DNA of 35,633 nucleotides from an uncultured Thermococci archaeon (GTDB lineage: Archaea > CAYQAE01 > CAYVLA01), in the NCBI GenBank assembly GCA_964549615.1, contig CAZJVP010000016.1, forward strand, positions 1-35,633, in the 5' to 3' direction. A model generated the notes under the pieces. That model saw only the letters and a program-made list of their open reading frames with translations, had not been told where the DNA came from and searched no databases. Below are positions 18,383 to 27,823 of this stretch, piece by piece. The position numbers were made by a program, and so were the translations under genes. Numbering within the stretch: the stretch's first letter is position 1; each line of letters starts with the position of its first letter.

Positions 18383-20695
18383 ATGATCGCCCAGTCCAAG
18401 AAGCCCATAACCTACATAATCGACTACTCCACCGACCATCTGGATGACATAGATGGCTACATCTCGCGCATAGCGGAGGCTCCTCCCCACCTCTTGCACG
18501 TCGGGCACGATGCACCGTTTCACAACACCTGGGGCGCCATGGAGGTCAGGGGAAACAAGACCGTGCGCATCCCGCCCGAAGGAATCAGGCAAAGGATCGA
18601 GAGGATCAAGGAGTTCACAAGCAAGCTTCACGACGCCGGCGTGCAGATGGTCCTCCCATACATCTGCAACCAGACCATCGCAGGCAACCCCGAAACCAGG
18701 GAGGGCATCTGGGACTTCTACGATCACTGGGATGAATACGCCGAGTTCGGCTTCGGCCCCAGACCACCTGACCCCCTCGAGTGGCTCGCCAGGGAACCCT
18801 TCGGCAGGCCGCACTACAACTACGAGAAAAGGCACAAGTACTTCGTCCCGCTCGGGCAGCACAGGTACGCCCCTTGCATGAGCAACCCTCACTATCGAAG
18901 GTACCAGAAAGCAGTGGTGGAGAACATAGCAAGGGCGGGCTACGACGGGGTCTTCGTCGACAACTGCATCGAAAACTGCTACTGTATGTACTGTCAGGCG
19001 GGGTTCCAAGAATACGTTGAAGTCCATATCCCTGTGAAGGAGCAGAGGGAGGTCTTTGGCTTCGAGGACCCATCGGACGTGCACCTCGGGACGGCGGGAA
19101 ACCGGCTGAACTGGGTGAAGACCCAGCCAACGTTCGTTGAGTTCCTTTACGGAATAGGGGAAGATCTCCTCGTGGAATGGCTGGGGGTCAAGGACCCAAA
19201 GGATGCGCTGGTCGAGGAGGGCGGGAACGGCTGGCTATGGAACATGGCCGACCGGTACCTTGACTGGATGGACGCTCGGTACTCGCCGGAGGAGCGCCTG
19301 CACATGTTCGGAGCCGAGGATTTATCGCTGTGGGGAATCCGCGACGAGAGGGACAGGGCGCTGTGGGCCGAGACCAAGCTTTTCTGGGCAAAGCTGGTCG
19401 CAGACAACCTCAAGTACATAAAGGAGGTCGGCGAGCGGATTCGGCCCAATTTCCTCATCCTTCCCAACTGGGGCGAGATGCAGCACATGGATGGCAACGA
19501 GTTCCGCGAGGAGATCGGACATGACCTGCGCGAGTGGGCCCCCCGGAGCGACTACGTCATGTTCGAGGAGTCTAACGAGCCCGGCAGGATCGTCCCGGGC
19601 GTCTACATGGACTACATCCTCCAGCTCAAGTTCGCCCATGCGAACGGCGTGAAGGGGGCGATTCTGAACTGGGCGGGGACGGACCCGAACACGGTCGAAC
19701 TATGCTTCGCCGAATGCCTTTCTGGGCTGGGATCCTTCATCCAGCACGGAACGAAGTTCCCGCAGCTCCGGAGGAAGTACAGGGAGTTCCAAGACCAACA
19801 CGCCGATCTCCTGGAAGGGTGGGCGCCCCACTACGAGGTCGGGCTCGCATACTTCTACAACCAGCTTCACCTCGAGAACCTCGAGCACATGCGCGAGGTC
19901 TACAAGTTCACCAGGTACTTCTCGGACCAGCACGTCCTCTTCCACTATCTGACCGAGGAAGACCTCTGGCCGAAAGTACGGTTGCCCTGCAGGATCCTTG
20001 TCCTTCCGCAGCTTTCGTACCTCACCGATGACCAGGCGTCTGGGGTTGAGAACTTCCTTGCAGCCGGCGGCATCTGTTTCGCCACGGGCCCGCTCGGCAG
20101 ATGGGATGCCAAGGCAAGACAGCGTGAGGAGCCACTCGTCCAGAAGCTTTCCGGGGCCTTCCCCGAGAGGTTCCTGCACGGCCCATCCGTCGCATCCTTC
20201 ATTCCGGACGGCAAGCTCAGCCTCGACGATGCCCGGCGCTTCTCGAGATCCACATGGAAGGCCAAGACCCGCGGCACGGACTGGCCCGAGTCCATGAGGC
20301 ATCTCGACGAGGAGCTCGGCATCCAGAAGTACTTCGACGGCGGGGAATGGGCTAGGCTGGCAACGCAGATGCTGGAGAGGGTGCCAGCGCTATGCCCCTC
20401 AAGACGCGCGCTCGGCGTCCGCTTCAACGCGTACAGGAAGGGCAACGACGTGGCGGTGCACATCGTCAACTATAACGTGGACCTCTTGGCCCCTGCGGGG
20501 CAGAGGAACCTCACCGCCGTCGACTCGCTGCGGATATCGCTTCAGTTTCCCGAAGGCGTGGTGGCGAGGGACGCGACGTGCATGGAGCCCGGCTGTGCAG
20601 AGGAGCCGCTGGATCCTGTGCAAAGAGGGAACACGGTCGAGCTCACGATCCCGCAACTTAGTTTCTACAAACTCGTCCTCGTCAGAGCCAGCTGA
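18383..20695 (+). CDS. Hypothetical GH42-like glycoside hydrolase (TIM barrel plus trimerisation-like domain)
   Basis: PCMSNP..Y, GYDGVFVDN, CYCMYC metal motif, MFEE; C-terminal ILVLPQLSYLTD..FLAAGG domain and VHIVNY beta-sandwich. Confidence 0.6.
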   Translation: MIAQSKKPITYIIDYSTDHLDDIDGYISRIAEAPPHLLHVGHDAPFHNTWGAMEVRGNKTVRIPPEGIRQRIERIKEFTSKLHDAGVQMVLPYICNQTIAGNPETREGIWDFYDHWDEYAEFGFGPRPPDPLEWLAREPFGRPHYNYEKRHKYFVPLGQHRYAPCMSNPHYRRYQKAVVENIARAGYDGVFVDNCIENCYCMYCQAGFQEYVEVHIPVKEQREVFGFEDPSDVHLGTAGNRLNWVKTQPTFVEFLYGIGEDLLVEWLGVKDPKDALVEEGGNGWLWNMADRYLDWMDARYSPEERLHMFGAEDLSLWGIRDERDRALWAETKLFWAKLVADNLKYIKEVGERIRPNFLILPNWGEMQHMDGNEFREEIGHDLREWAPRSDYVMFEESNEPGRIVPGVYMDYILQLKFAHANGVKGAILNWAGTDPNTVELCFAECLSGLGSFIQHGTKFPQLRRKYREFQDQHADLLEGWAPHYEVGLAYFYNQLHLENLEHMREVYKFTRYFSDQHVLFHYLTEEDLWPKVRLPCRILVLPQLSYLTDDQASGVENFLAAGGICFATGPLGRWDAKARQREEPLVQKLSGAFPERFLHGPSVASFIPDGKLSLDDARRFSRSTWKAKTRGTDWPESMRHLDEELGIQKYFDGGEWARLATQMLERVPALCPSRRALGVRFNAYRKGNDVAVHIVNYNVDLLAPAGQRNLTAVDSLRISLQFPEGVVARDATCMEPGCAEEPLDPVQRGNTVELTIPQLSFYKLVLVRAS

Positions 20696-20718
20696 CCGGC
20701 GGCCACGAAGCGACCAAG

Positions 20719-21828
20719 CTAAAGCCACACCAACAGAAGGATGCAAACTAGTAGCTGCGCAAGCAAGGCCCGGACGACGCCTGACCTGAATCCGGAGAAT
20801 GACCGCACGAACTTCGCCGTCCCCAGGAACGTGAAGAGGATCAAGAGGGAGATGAATGCGGCGGCCTGACCGATAGCCTCTCCGCCCCAGGACCTACACG
20901 AGGCCAAGCCTAGGCATGCGATGATGCCGGTGAGCGCGAGGATCTGGAAAGCAGCGAAACAAGCCTTCGGCAGCCAGCGCAGCTCGAAGGTCCAATGCTC
21001 CACCATATTGGACACGACCATGTAGGTAGAAAAAAGGAGCATCAGCATGATGCACAAACGACCGGCAGATCCCTCGATCGGGATGGTTGGCAAGGCGCCC
21101 CGGAACAAGGCCGATGCCAGGGCGAGGGAAAGGCCGCCAAAGAAGCCCACGCTGTGTTCCGCGAACTTCCAAGATGAGAGCTTGAGGGCGCTGTCCCGCC
21201 CCTCACGGTGGATCAGGGCGCCCAGTGCGAAGCCGCCTCCGAAGCCAGCACAGCCAGCGTAGGCGCAGATCAGCACAGTGCCGCCCCCAGGGCTCAGAGC
21301 GAAGTACGCTGTACTCGACAACACGCCGCCCAGAAGCGCAGCCCACACATCGCTCCGAGGAGGCGAAAGGTGAAGGTCAAGCCCGACGACGATGATCTTG
21401 TAGGCCGCGAACGCGCCGAGCGATGCCAGGACCGCCCAGAGCGCGAGATCTTCGAAATGGCAATGAACCTCTGTAAGCAGGATTCCCAGCGACGCTCCCC
21501 CAAAGAATCCCCAGAGGCCTCCAACCAGGAAGAGACCCGACAGCCCATAGAGGGACGATCTCGAGTCCCGGCCCGGTTCCCGCGTGGCATACCCCATCAA
21601 CAATCCATAGCTGAGCACGCCTCCCAGGGACAGCCCGGCCGCGAGAGCCGCCCCGTATGCCAGCATCTGCCACGTATCGGCAGCTTCGCCTAAGGCTAGC
21701 CAGAGGGACATCCCGCACAGCGCCCCGGGCACGGTGGCACCCCACCAGTGGCCCCACTCCCCTCTCAGGGCCCAACCGAGGGATGTGGCATTGGCAACGA
21801 GCAGGATGCCCGCGGCGATCCTTTCCAC
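20719..21828 (-). CDS. Multi-pass membrane protein of unknown function
   Basis: Roughly 10-12 hydrophobic segments; Gly-rich motifs WALRGEWGH, GGVLSYG, GGLWG, WKFAEHSVGFFGG; TATA-like box at 21851-21863. Confidence 0.8.
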   Translation of the reverse strand: MERIAAGILLVANATSLGWALRGEWGHWWGATVPGALCGMSLWLALGEAADTWQMLAYGAALAAGLSLGGVLSYGLLMGYATREPGRDSRSSLYGLSGLFLVGGLWGFFGGASLGILLTEVHCHFEDLALWAVLASLGAFAAYKIIVVGLDLHLSPPRSDVWAALLGGVLSSTAYFALSPGGGTVLICAYAGCAGFGGGFALGALIHREGRDSALKLSSWKFAEHSVGFFGGLSLALASALFRGALPTIPIEGSAGRLCIMLMLLFSTYMVVSNMVEHWTFELRWLPKACFAAFQILALTGIIACLGLASCRSWGGEAIGQAAAFISLLILFTFLGTAKFVRSFSGFRSGVVRALLAQLLVCILLLVWL

Positions 21829-21986
21829 GTGGGGGAGCGTCCGCCCGGACTATAACAGTTTATCCCATCATGCCATATGCCGGCCAGGGTGCCCAATCCA
21901 GACTATGGCGATCGAGCCTCATCGGCCTTGCTGCATTTCGCCGGGCTTCTTTCCGGGGAGCCAAGCGTGAGATCCTGGGCGCCTTT

Positions 21987-23261
21987 CTACAGTAGGGATC
22001 GGTAGTTCTCGGTGACCTTCTTCATCGCCTCGATGACCTGGTCCGAGTATCCCGGCGTCTCCTCGATGAACACCGGCATGCCGAGGATCCTGTTGTGAAC
22101 TTCCTCGGAAACGGGAAGGCTGCCCTGCGGGTAGCCCGGGTAGTCTCCGGTGAGCGGGCCCCCATCCCCATAGATGTCAAAGCCCTCCGCGAAGAGCTTG
22201 AGCCTGTGCGTCAGCTCATACCCGCGGTGGCTCATGTCTACGCCTTCGGCCCTCAGGGCCTCGATCAACCTCTCGGTCGGCAGCCCCCCAAGCTCATCCG
22301 GCCTGGACAACATGTGCATGCCGCCATAGAAGCCAGCTGGCTTGGATTTCGGCAGGATCTTCACCGGATCTATGCCGTTGATTCGACGGAGTGCCTTGTA
22401 GATCTTCTTGACGTAGGCGAGCTTTCGCTCGTTCCGGTACTCCAAGCTGTCGAACATCACCAGAGCCGCCGCGGCCGCCCAAGGGTGCGTCCTGAACTTC
22501 AGGCCCAGGTTGGTCGGGGCCATCGCCTTGTAGACCGGGTCGGTGAACTCCTGCGCCACGCCCGACCGGTTGAGGTGGCAGAAGAGCAAGATGCGCTCAT
22601 ACAGCCTCCGGTCGTTCGTTGTGACCAGGCCGGCCTCGCCCGCGGGCAACGGCTTTCCGCCGATCGGCCCCCCTTGCATTGAGAAGCAGCCCACATCCCC
22701 GATCGAACCGACCTTCCGCCCGTCCCACTCCGCGCCGTGGCAGTGGCTCGCGTCCTCTATCACGGCGATCTTGTGCCTTCTGGCCACATCCATTATTGCA
22801 TCCATATCGCACACATGTCCGTACAGATGGACTACGCTGACCGCCTTCGTTTTCGACGTGATCCGCCTCTCCATGTCCTCGGGGTCGATCAGGAGGGTCT
22901 CGGGATCGATCTCGCAGAAGACCGGGCGGGCGCCCATGTGGACGGCGGGCGATATCGAGCAGATCCACGTGTAACAGGGGTGGAGAACCTCGTCCCCCCT
23001 TCTGACGCCCACGGCGTAGTAGGCCGACCACAGGGTCGAAGTTCCGTTGTGCTGGAGCAGGCAGTAGTCCGTCCCGATGTACTCGGCGAACCTCTTCTCG
23101 AGCTCCAGGGGCACACCAGTCCCGGACTGGGACCACACGCCCTCGTCGATCATGCGGCACACAGCCTGCTTTATCCGGTCAACCGGTACGGGCCAATTCT
23201 CCTTGGGCTGGACGGTGACGGCTTTGGGCCCTCCCAAGATGGCGAGCTCGGGCTTTGCCAT
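21987..23261 (-). CDS. DegT/DnrJ/EryC1/StrS family PLP-dependent aminotransferase
   Basis: LAILGG, NGTS, GDEV, VHLYG, EDASHCHGA, FSMQ...KPLPAGEAG. Confidence 0.93.
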   Translation of the reverse strand: MAKPELAILGGPKAVTVQPKENWPVPVDRIKQAVCRMIDEGVWSQSGTGVPLELEKRFAEYIGTDYCLLQHNGTSTLWSAYYAVGVRRGDEVLHPCYTWICSISPAVHMGARPVFCEIDPETLLIDPEDMERRITSKTKAVSVVHLYGHVCDMDAIMDVARRHKIAVIEDASHCHGAEWDGRKVGSIGDVGCFSMQGGPIGGKPLPAGEAGLVTTNDRRLYERILLFCHLNRSGVAQEFTDPVYKAMAPTNLGLKFRTHPWAAAAALVMFDSLEYRNERKLAYVKKIYKALRRINGIDPVKILPKSKPAGFYGGMHMLSRPDELGGLPTERLIEALRAEGVDMSHRGYELTHRLKLFAEGFDIYGDGGPLTGDYPGYPQGSLPVSEEVHNRILGMPVFIEETPGYSDQVIEAMKKVTENYRSLL

Positions 23262-23287
23262 AACGATCCGAACAACAGGGACGGATA

Positions 23288-23340
23288 TGCAAGATAAATT
23301 CTCCCTTCAGTCTTGCACCAAGGATCAGCAAACTTTTCAA
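23288..23340. promoter_or_regulatory. Divergent promoter region with inverted repeat
   Basis: AATTTATCTT (minus strand, 23300-23291) and AAACTTTTCAA (plus strand, 23330-23340); TGCAAGA/TCTTGCA inverted repeat at 23288-23294/23311-23317. Confidence 0.5.
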
Positions 23341-23362
23341 CGCGAGCGTTCTGGCGCTCCAG

Positions 23363-24409
23363 GTGCTGACCGAGAGGGAGAACTGTCTCCGCGCAATTAG
23401 ATTTGAGGAACCGGAGTGGATACCCTGCAGGGTCTTCCTCAGCGGAGCCGCATGGAAGAGGCACCGCGAAGCGCTGGAGGAATTCGTGCTCCGGCACCCC
23501 TTCATATTCGGCTCCCATGAGAGGGGAAGCATGAAGTTCGATCAGTTTCATCCCTCAAGCAGGGCGGGGCAAGAGTTCACCGACAGCTGGGGGTGCGTCT
23601 GGCATAACCTGGCGGACGGCATCAGAGGCCAGGTTAAGGTCCATCCCCTGGCCGACTGGGAAGCTCTGAAGAGTTACCGCCCGCCCGATCCCCTGGCCAC
23701 CACGGAGCTTGGCCCCAGGGCTTCCTGGGACAAGGTCAAATCCGACGTGGAGCGGCTGAGAGCCCAAGGGAAGATGGTCTGGGGCGACGGAGATCGTTTC
23801 TTTGAGAGGCTCCATTTCCTTCGCGGCTTCAGAAACCTCATGATCGATCTTCATCGCAAGCCGCCGCAGCTCGCGGCCCTGATCGAGATGGTGGTCGAAC
23901 ACAACCTCAAGCTCATAGCGAAGTGGGTCGAGCTCGGCGCTGATTGCATTGCCCTGGGAGACGACCTTGGAACCCAGACCGAGGCCATGATGAGCCCTTC
24001 CCTGTTCCGAACGCATCTCCTCCCGGGATACACGAGGATGTGCAACCTGGCAAGGGAGGGCGGGTGCGAGGTTTACATGCACTCCGACGGACACATAATG
24101 GAGCTCGTGGAGGACCTCATGGCAGCGGGCTTCACCGTCATCAATCCGCAGGTGAACTGCAACGGGATCGCCGCTTTGGCCAAGAAATGCAAAGGAAGGG
24201 TCTGTCTTGACGCCGACGTCGATCGGCAGAGGGTCCTTCCCCACGGCAGCCCCGAGCAGGTCAGGAAGCATGTTCAGGAGATCGTTGCGAATCTGGGCTC
24301 AAGGGAAGGAGGCCTCATGATCATAGCCGGGGTCTACGGGGATGTGCCTCTAGAGAACATAGATGCGTTGTGCCAAGCCATGGAGGATTACAGCTACTAC
24401 TTTAGCTGA
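23363..24409 (+). CDS. Uroporphyrinogen decarboxylase/MtaA-fold family protein
   Basis: TERE..P..IP, DSWG, LRGF.N, GDDLGTQ, MSP, MHSDG, VLPHGSPEQV. Confidence 0.88.
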   Translation: MLTERENCLRAIRFEEPEWIPCRVFLSGAAWKRHREALEEFVLRHPFIFGSHERGSMKFDQFHPSSRAGQEFTDSWGCVWHNLADGIRGQVKVHPLADWEALKSYRPPDPLATTELGPRASWDKVKSDVERLRAQGKMVWGDGDRFFERLHFLRGFRNLMIDLHRKPPQLAALIEMVVEHNLKLIAKWVELGADCIALGDDLGTQTEAMMSPSLFRTHLLPGYTRMCNLAREGGCEVYMHSDGHIMELVEDLMAAGFTVINPQVNCNGIAALAKKCKGRVCLDADVDRQRVLPHGSPEQVRKHVQEIVANLGSREGGLMIIAGVYGDVPLENIDALCQAMEDYSYYFS

Positions 24410-24421
24410 GGTGAAACGACT

Positions 24422-25501
24422 TTGAATTCTAGGGAAAGGCTGGAGAGGCTGCTCAACTTCGAGGAAGCGGACAGGATTGGATTCGTGGACTTCCCCTGGG
24501 GCACGACCATAGAGAGGTGGGAGACCCAGGGGCTACCGAAGGGCACCTTCATCCAGGAGTACTTCGGGATGGACCTATACGGCATAGGCGTTGATGTCTC
24601 GCCCAAGTACGACGAGATGACCTTCGAACAGGGCGAGAACTGGGTGATCTCCAGAGACCGATACGGCGTCAAGCAGAAACGGTGGCGGGGAAGGGACGGG
24701 GTCCCCCTGCACATGGACCCGCCCTTCAGGACCTTGGAGGAGTTCGAGGAGAGGATCGAGCCCCTCCTGGACCCGGATGCCCCCATAAGGATCTCAAGCA
24801 GGCGCTACCCGTTCAGGGGCGAGATGGAGGGTATGGTGAAGAAGTTCCAGGAGAAGTTCTACGTGTTCGCCTCCTTCCTCGGCACCTTCGAGTACACGCG
24901 CCACATATGCGGCGGGACCAAGATGACGCTGCGATACCTGATGACGGACAAGCGCCTCACCAGAAGGATGTACCGATGTCTAGCTCGTTTCATGGGCGCC
25001 TTGAGCTCGGCCCTCGCCGATGCGGGTTGTGACTGCGCCTGGGTCTGGGACGACCTGGGATTTGCGGAGGGGCCCTTCTTCTCGCCGGCCCACTACAGGC
25101 AATACATCATGCCCTCCCATCAGGCCATAACGAGGCCGTTCAGAAAGACGGGTCTTCCCGCCGTCCTTCACACCGACGGCAACGTGAACCTCCTGATCCC
25201 GGATCTCTTGCGTGCCGGCTTCACCTGCCTACAGCCCATGGAGGTCAAGGCCGGGATGGATGTCGTGGAATTGAAGGAGAAATACGGGGACAGGCTTGCC
25301 TTCATCGGGAACATCGATGCGCGAAAGCTCTGCACGAACAACCTGGAAATCATCAAAGAGGAGGTTGCATCCAAGATACGGTGCGCAGCTCCAGGAGGGG
25401 GTTACGTCCTCTGCTCGGATCACTCGATCCCTCCGGACGTCGACCTTTCGACGTTCCAGGCCTTCTCGAAGATGGCGAAGAAATACGGAACTTATCCGTA
25501 G
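24422..25501 (+). CDS. Uroporphyrinogen decarboxylase/MtaA-fold family protein
   Basis: NSRER, WDDLG, FSP, LHTDG, LQPMEVKAGMD, FIGNID, GGGYVLCSDHSIP; GAGGTGA Shine-Dalgarno before the TTG start. Confidence 0.9.
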   Translation: MNSRERLERLLNFEEADRIGFVDFPWGTTIERWETQGLPKGTFIQEYFGMDLYGIGVDVSPKYDEMTFEQGENWVISRDRYGVKQKRWRGRDGVPLHMDPPFRTLEEFEERIEPLLDPDAPIRISSRRYPFRGEMEGMVKKFQEKFYVFASFLGTFEYTRHICGGTKMTLRYLMTDKRLTRRMYRCLARFMGALSSALADAGCDCAWVWDDLGFAEGPFFSPAHYRQYIMPSHQAITRPFRKTGLPAVLHTDGNVNLLIPDLLRAGFTCLQPMEVKAGMDVVELKEKYGDRLAFIGNIDARKLCTNNLEIIKEEVASKIRCAAPGGGYVLCSDHSIPPDVDLSTFQAFSKMAKKYGTYP

Positions 25502-25518
25502 CAGGCCTTCATGGCTGG

Positions 25519-27486
25519 GTGGCGAGTACGGGGAATTTTGGAATCACAAGCCGGCCTTTCAGGGTGCCCGACGGGGTGCCGCTTGGCTCCGTCGAGCCTC
25601 CAACCATGACTGCGGGAGCCATGGAAACCCACGTGCTGACCGTAACCTTGCCCAAAGCACTGGCCGGGGACGCGTTGGTCCTCTGGTCGGGAGGGCACCG
25701 CTGGGTGAAACTGGAGATCCCGATGCAGAACGCGGAGCCCGCCAGGGAAGGCTATGTCTCAGCCCGCGTGGTAGGCGGGCCCGCGCTGAAACCGGTGGTC
25801 CGGCTTCCGCCCACGAGGATAGAGGACCTGATGCGAGTCGGCTTCGAGATCCCCAAAGGATCGATGCCCAAGGGAACCACCATCAGGATAGTCTTGGGAG
25901 ATCGATCCATGGGGAGCCCAGGAGCCATGTCGCCCCAGTTCAGCATACATGGGGCCTTCCTCGCCTTGACCCTGGAACCCAGGCCTCCCAGCCTAGCTCC
26001 GCATGATCTGAACTGGGTTGCAGCCTTTCCCGTCGATGTCGTCGGAGGCCCCCTGAAACGTCTGAGGGTTCTCGCGCCCTCCTGCGTGAAGAGGGGCCAA
26101 GAGTTCTCGCTGACGATCAGGCCTCAGGACGACCACGGCAACATCTCGCCCCAAGCTCCCAGGCGGGTCTTGCTTCGGCTGGAGGGCGTGACGTACGAAC
26201 GTCGGATCACCACCAATCACCTCAACCCCGCCGGCGCCATTGAAATCAAGGGGCTGAAGCTGGCCCGCAACGGCGTTGCAAGAATCGAGGTCCGGGACCC
26301 CGACGCTGGACTGGTCGGCACGAGCAACCCGATCCTCGTGGGAAACCATGGCCGCAGGCTTCTGTGGGGCCTGATCCACGAACATACGGAACTTTCAGAC
26401 GGCCTGGGATCCCCGGATCTCTGCTATCTGAACATGAGATTTGGCTCAAAGCTGGACTTCGGGTCGGTGACCGACCATGACCACAGATTTGAGACAAGCG
26501 ACGAGATGTGGGAGCTCGCACGGCAGGCAGCGATCCGACATCACAAGCCGGGATTCTTCATCACCTTTCTGGGGTACGAGTGGGCCAAATGGCGTCGGAA
26601 CGGAGATGGGGATCGCAACGTATACTATCCCGGAGACGACGGAGAGATGCTTAGATCGGAGACAGGGGAATACGACAGGCCCTTCAAGCTGTTTCAGGCC
26701 CTGGCCGGCACAGACGCTCTCATCATCCCCCATCACACGGCCTACGCCGGTAACTTCTGCGACTGGACCCAGCACGATCCGGTGAGGGAAAGGCTGGTTG
26801 AGGTATACTCGGTCTGGGGCAGTTCAGAGATGGGGAGATCGGACGGCAACCCGTTTCCTGTCAGGGACCCCAAGACCCATGACCCCCTATGGCTAGGGAT
26901 ATCCGGGAAGTCTCCACCCGACGATGAGGTTCCCGTGGGCTTCGTCCAGAATGCCCTGGCCCAAGGGTGGAGGGTGGGCTTCACAGCCGGCGGGGACATG
27001 CATAGAAGCCAGCCCGGCGACGACGCAACGAGAGGGCATGAGCCCTACCGCTACAGGCCCGGGCTCACCGCATTGTGGGCCGAAAAGAAGACAAGGAGGT
27101 CGATCTGGACTTCCCTGAAGTCGCGTTGCTGCTATGCCACTACCGGCAGCCGCATGGTCCTGTGGATGTCCTTGAACGGCAAGCCCATGGGTTCCGAAAT
27201 CCTGACAGATGAAGGTGAACCCAGGATCGTTGAGTTCGAGGCCCACTGTGAGGATGATATCGCGACCGTGGAGCTCGTACGCAACAACAAAGTGCTGGTT
27301 TTGGAAAAGCCCGGCGATCAAGAGGACGTCTGTTTCCGCTGGGAAGATCATGACAGGTTCAGGGATATCGCGTTGCCTCCTTCGGTCTGGTGCCCCAAAT
27401 TGTTCACCTTCTACTACGTTCGCGTCAGGCAGGCCGACGGCGAAACTGGATGGACCAGCCCGGTTTGGGTCGAGGAAAGGCCCTGA
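25519..27486 (+). CDS. DUF3604 / PHP-like metallohydrolase
   Basis: LWGLIHEHTELSDG, LDF..VTDHD, GYEW, GDRNVY, IPHH, LVEVYS.WG, GFTAGGDMH, YATTG, YYVRVRQ.DG..WTSPVW. Start set at GTG 25519, after the upstream stop. Confidence 0.82.
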   Translation: MASTGNFGITSRPFRVPDGVPLGSVEPPTMTAGAMETHVLTVTLPKALAGDALVLWSGGHRWVKLEIPMQNAEPAREGYVSARVVGGPALKPVVRLPPTRIEDLMRVGFEIPKGSMPKGTTIRIVLGDRSMGSPGAMSPQFSIHGAFLALTLEPRPPSLAPHDLNWVAAFPVDVVGGPLKRLRVLAPSCVKRGQEFSLTIRPQDDHGNISPQAPRRVLLRLEGVTYERRITTNHLNPAGAIEIKGLKLARNGVARIEVRDPDAGLVGTSNPILVGNHGRRLLWGLIHEHTELSDGLGSPDLCYLNMRFGSKLDFGSVTDHDHRFETSDEMWELARQAAIRHHKPGFFITFLGYEWAKWRRNGDGDRNVYYPGDDGEMLRSETGEYDRPFKLFQALAGTDALIIPHHTAYAGNFCDWTQHDPVRERLVEVYSVWGSSEMGRSDGNPFPVRDPKTHDPLWLGISGKSPPDDEVPVGFVQNALAQGWRVGFTAGGDMHRSQPGDDATRGHEPYRYRPGLTALWAEKKTRRSIWTSLKSRCCYATTGSRMVLWMSLNGKPMGSEILTDEGEPRIVEFEAHCEDDIATVELVRNNKVLVLEKPGDQEDVCFRWEDHDRFRDIALPPSVWCPKLFTFYYVRVRQADGETGWTSPVWVEERP

Positions 27487-27823
27487 GACGTCCGTGCTTT
27501 CGAGCAGGTACTCGATCGTCCCATGCCAAGGCGCTTTGAAGGGGTTATCGAACCCGCACCTAAAGGCTCTTTCCACCAAGCAGATTGGTCCAGACCAGCC
27601 CAACTCGATTGGGGTCAGATCGCGTCTCCGTTAGATTAATCAGGGCCGGAGCCTTCGGGGTGCCCAGCGATGATCCGATGCGGTTACAGCCGCCGCACGC
27701 ATACGGCAATGGGCTCCGTGATGCAAGGCTAAGTTCGCGGGCGCGAGTACAGGCGACTGGTCCTGCCAGAAGAGTGTCCGATCAGAATGGCCTGCAAGTC
27801 GACGGTTTTCAGGACGGACGACC

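Noticed and set aside
20719-21828. Archaeosortase/exosortase candidate
   Set aside because: No recognisable Cys..Arg..His arrangement (C.G, N..R, H) in the expected order.
16030-25501. hemE or mtaA gene symbols for the UroD-fold genes
   Set aside because: They lack RQAGR and the canonical HxC...C set, and there is no tetrapyrrole or corrinoid context.
512-27603. Many long antisense or alternative-frame ORFs (e.g. 512..1321, 2192..3094, 6207..7193, 17266..18291, 23555..24271)
   Set aside because: They shadow well-supported genes, lack family motifs, and are expected in GC-rich DNA.
27487-27823. Riboswitch or leader RNA upstream of the giant protease
   Set aside because: Only short stems (CGGAGCC/GGCTCCG) and no known aptamer motif; too weak to call.
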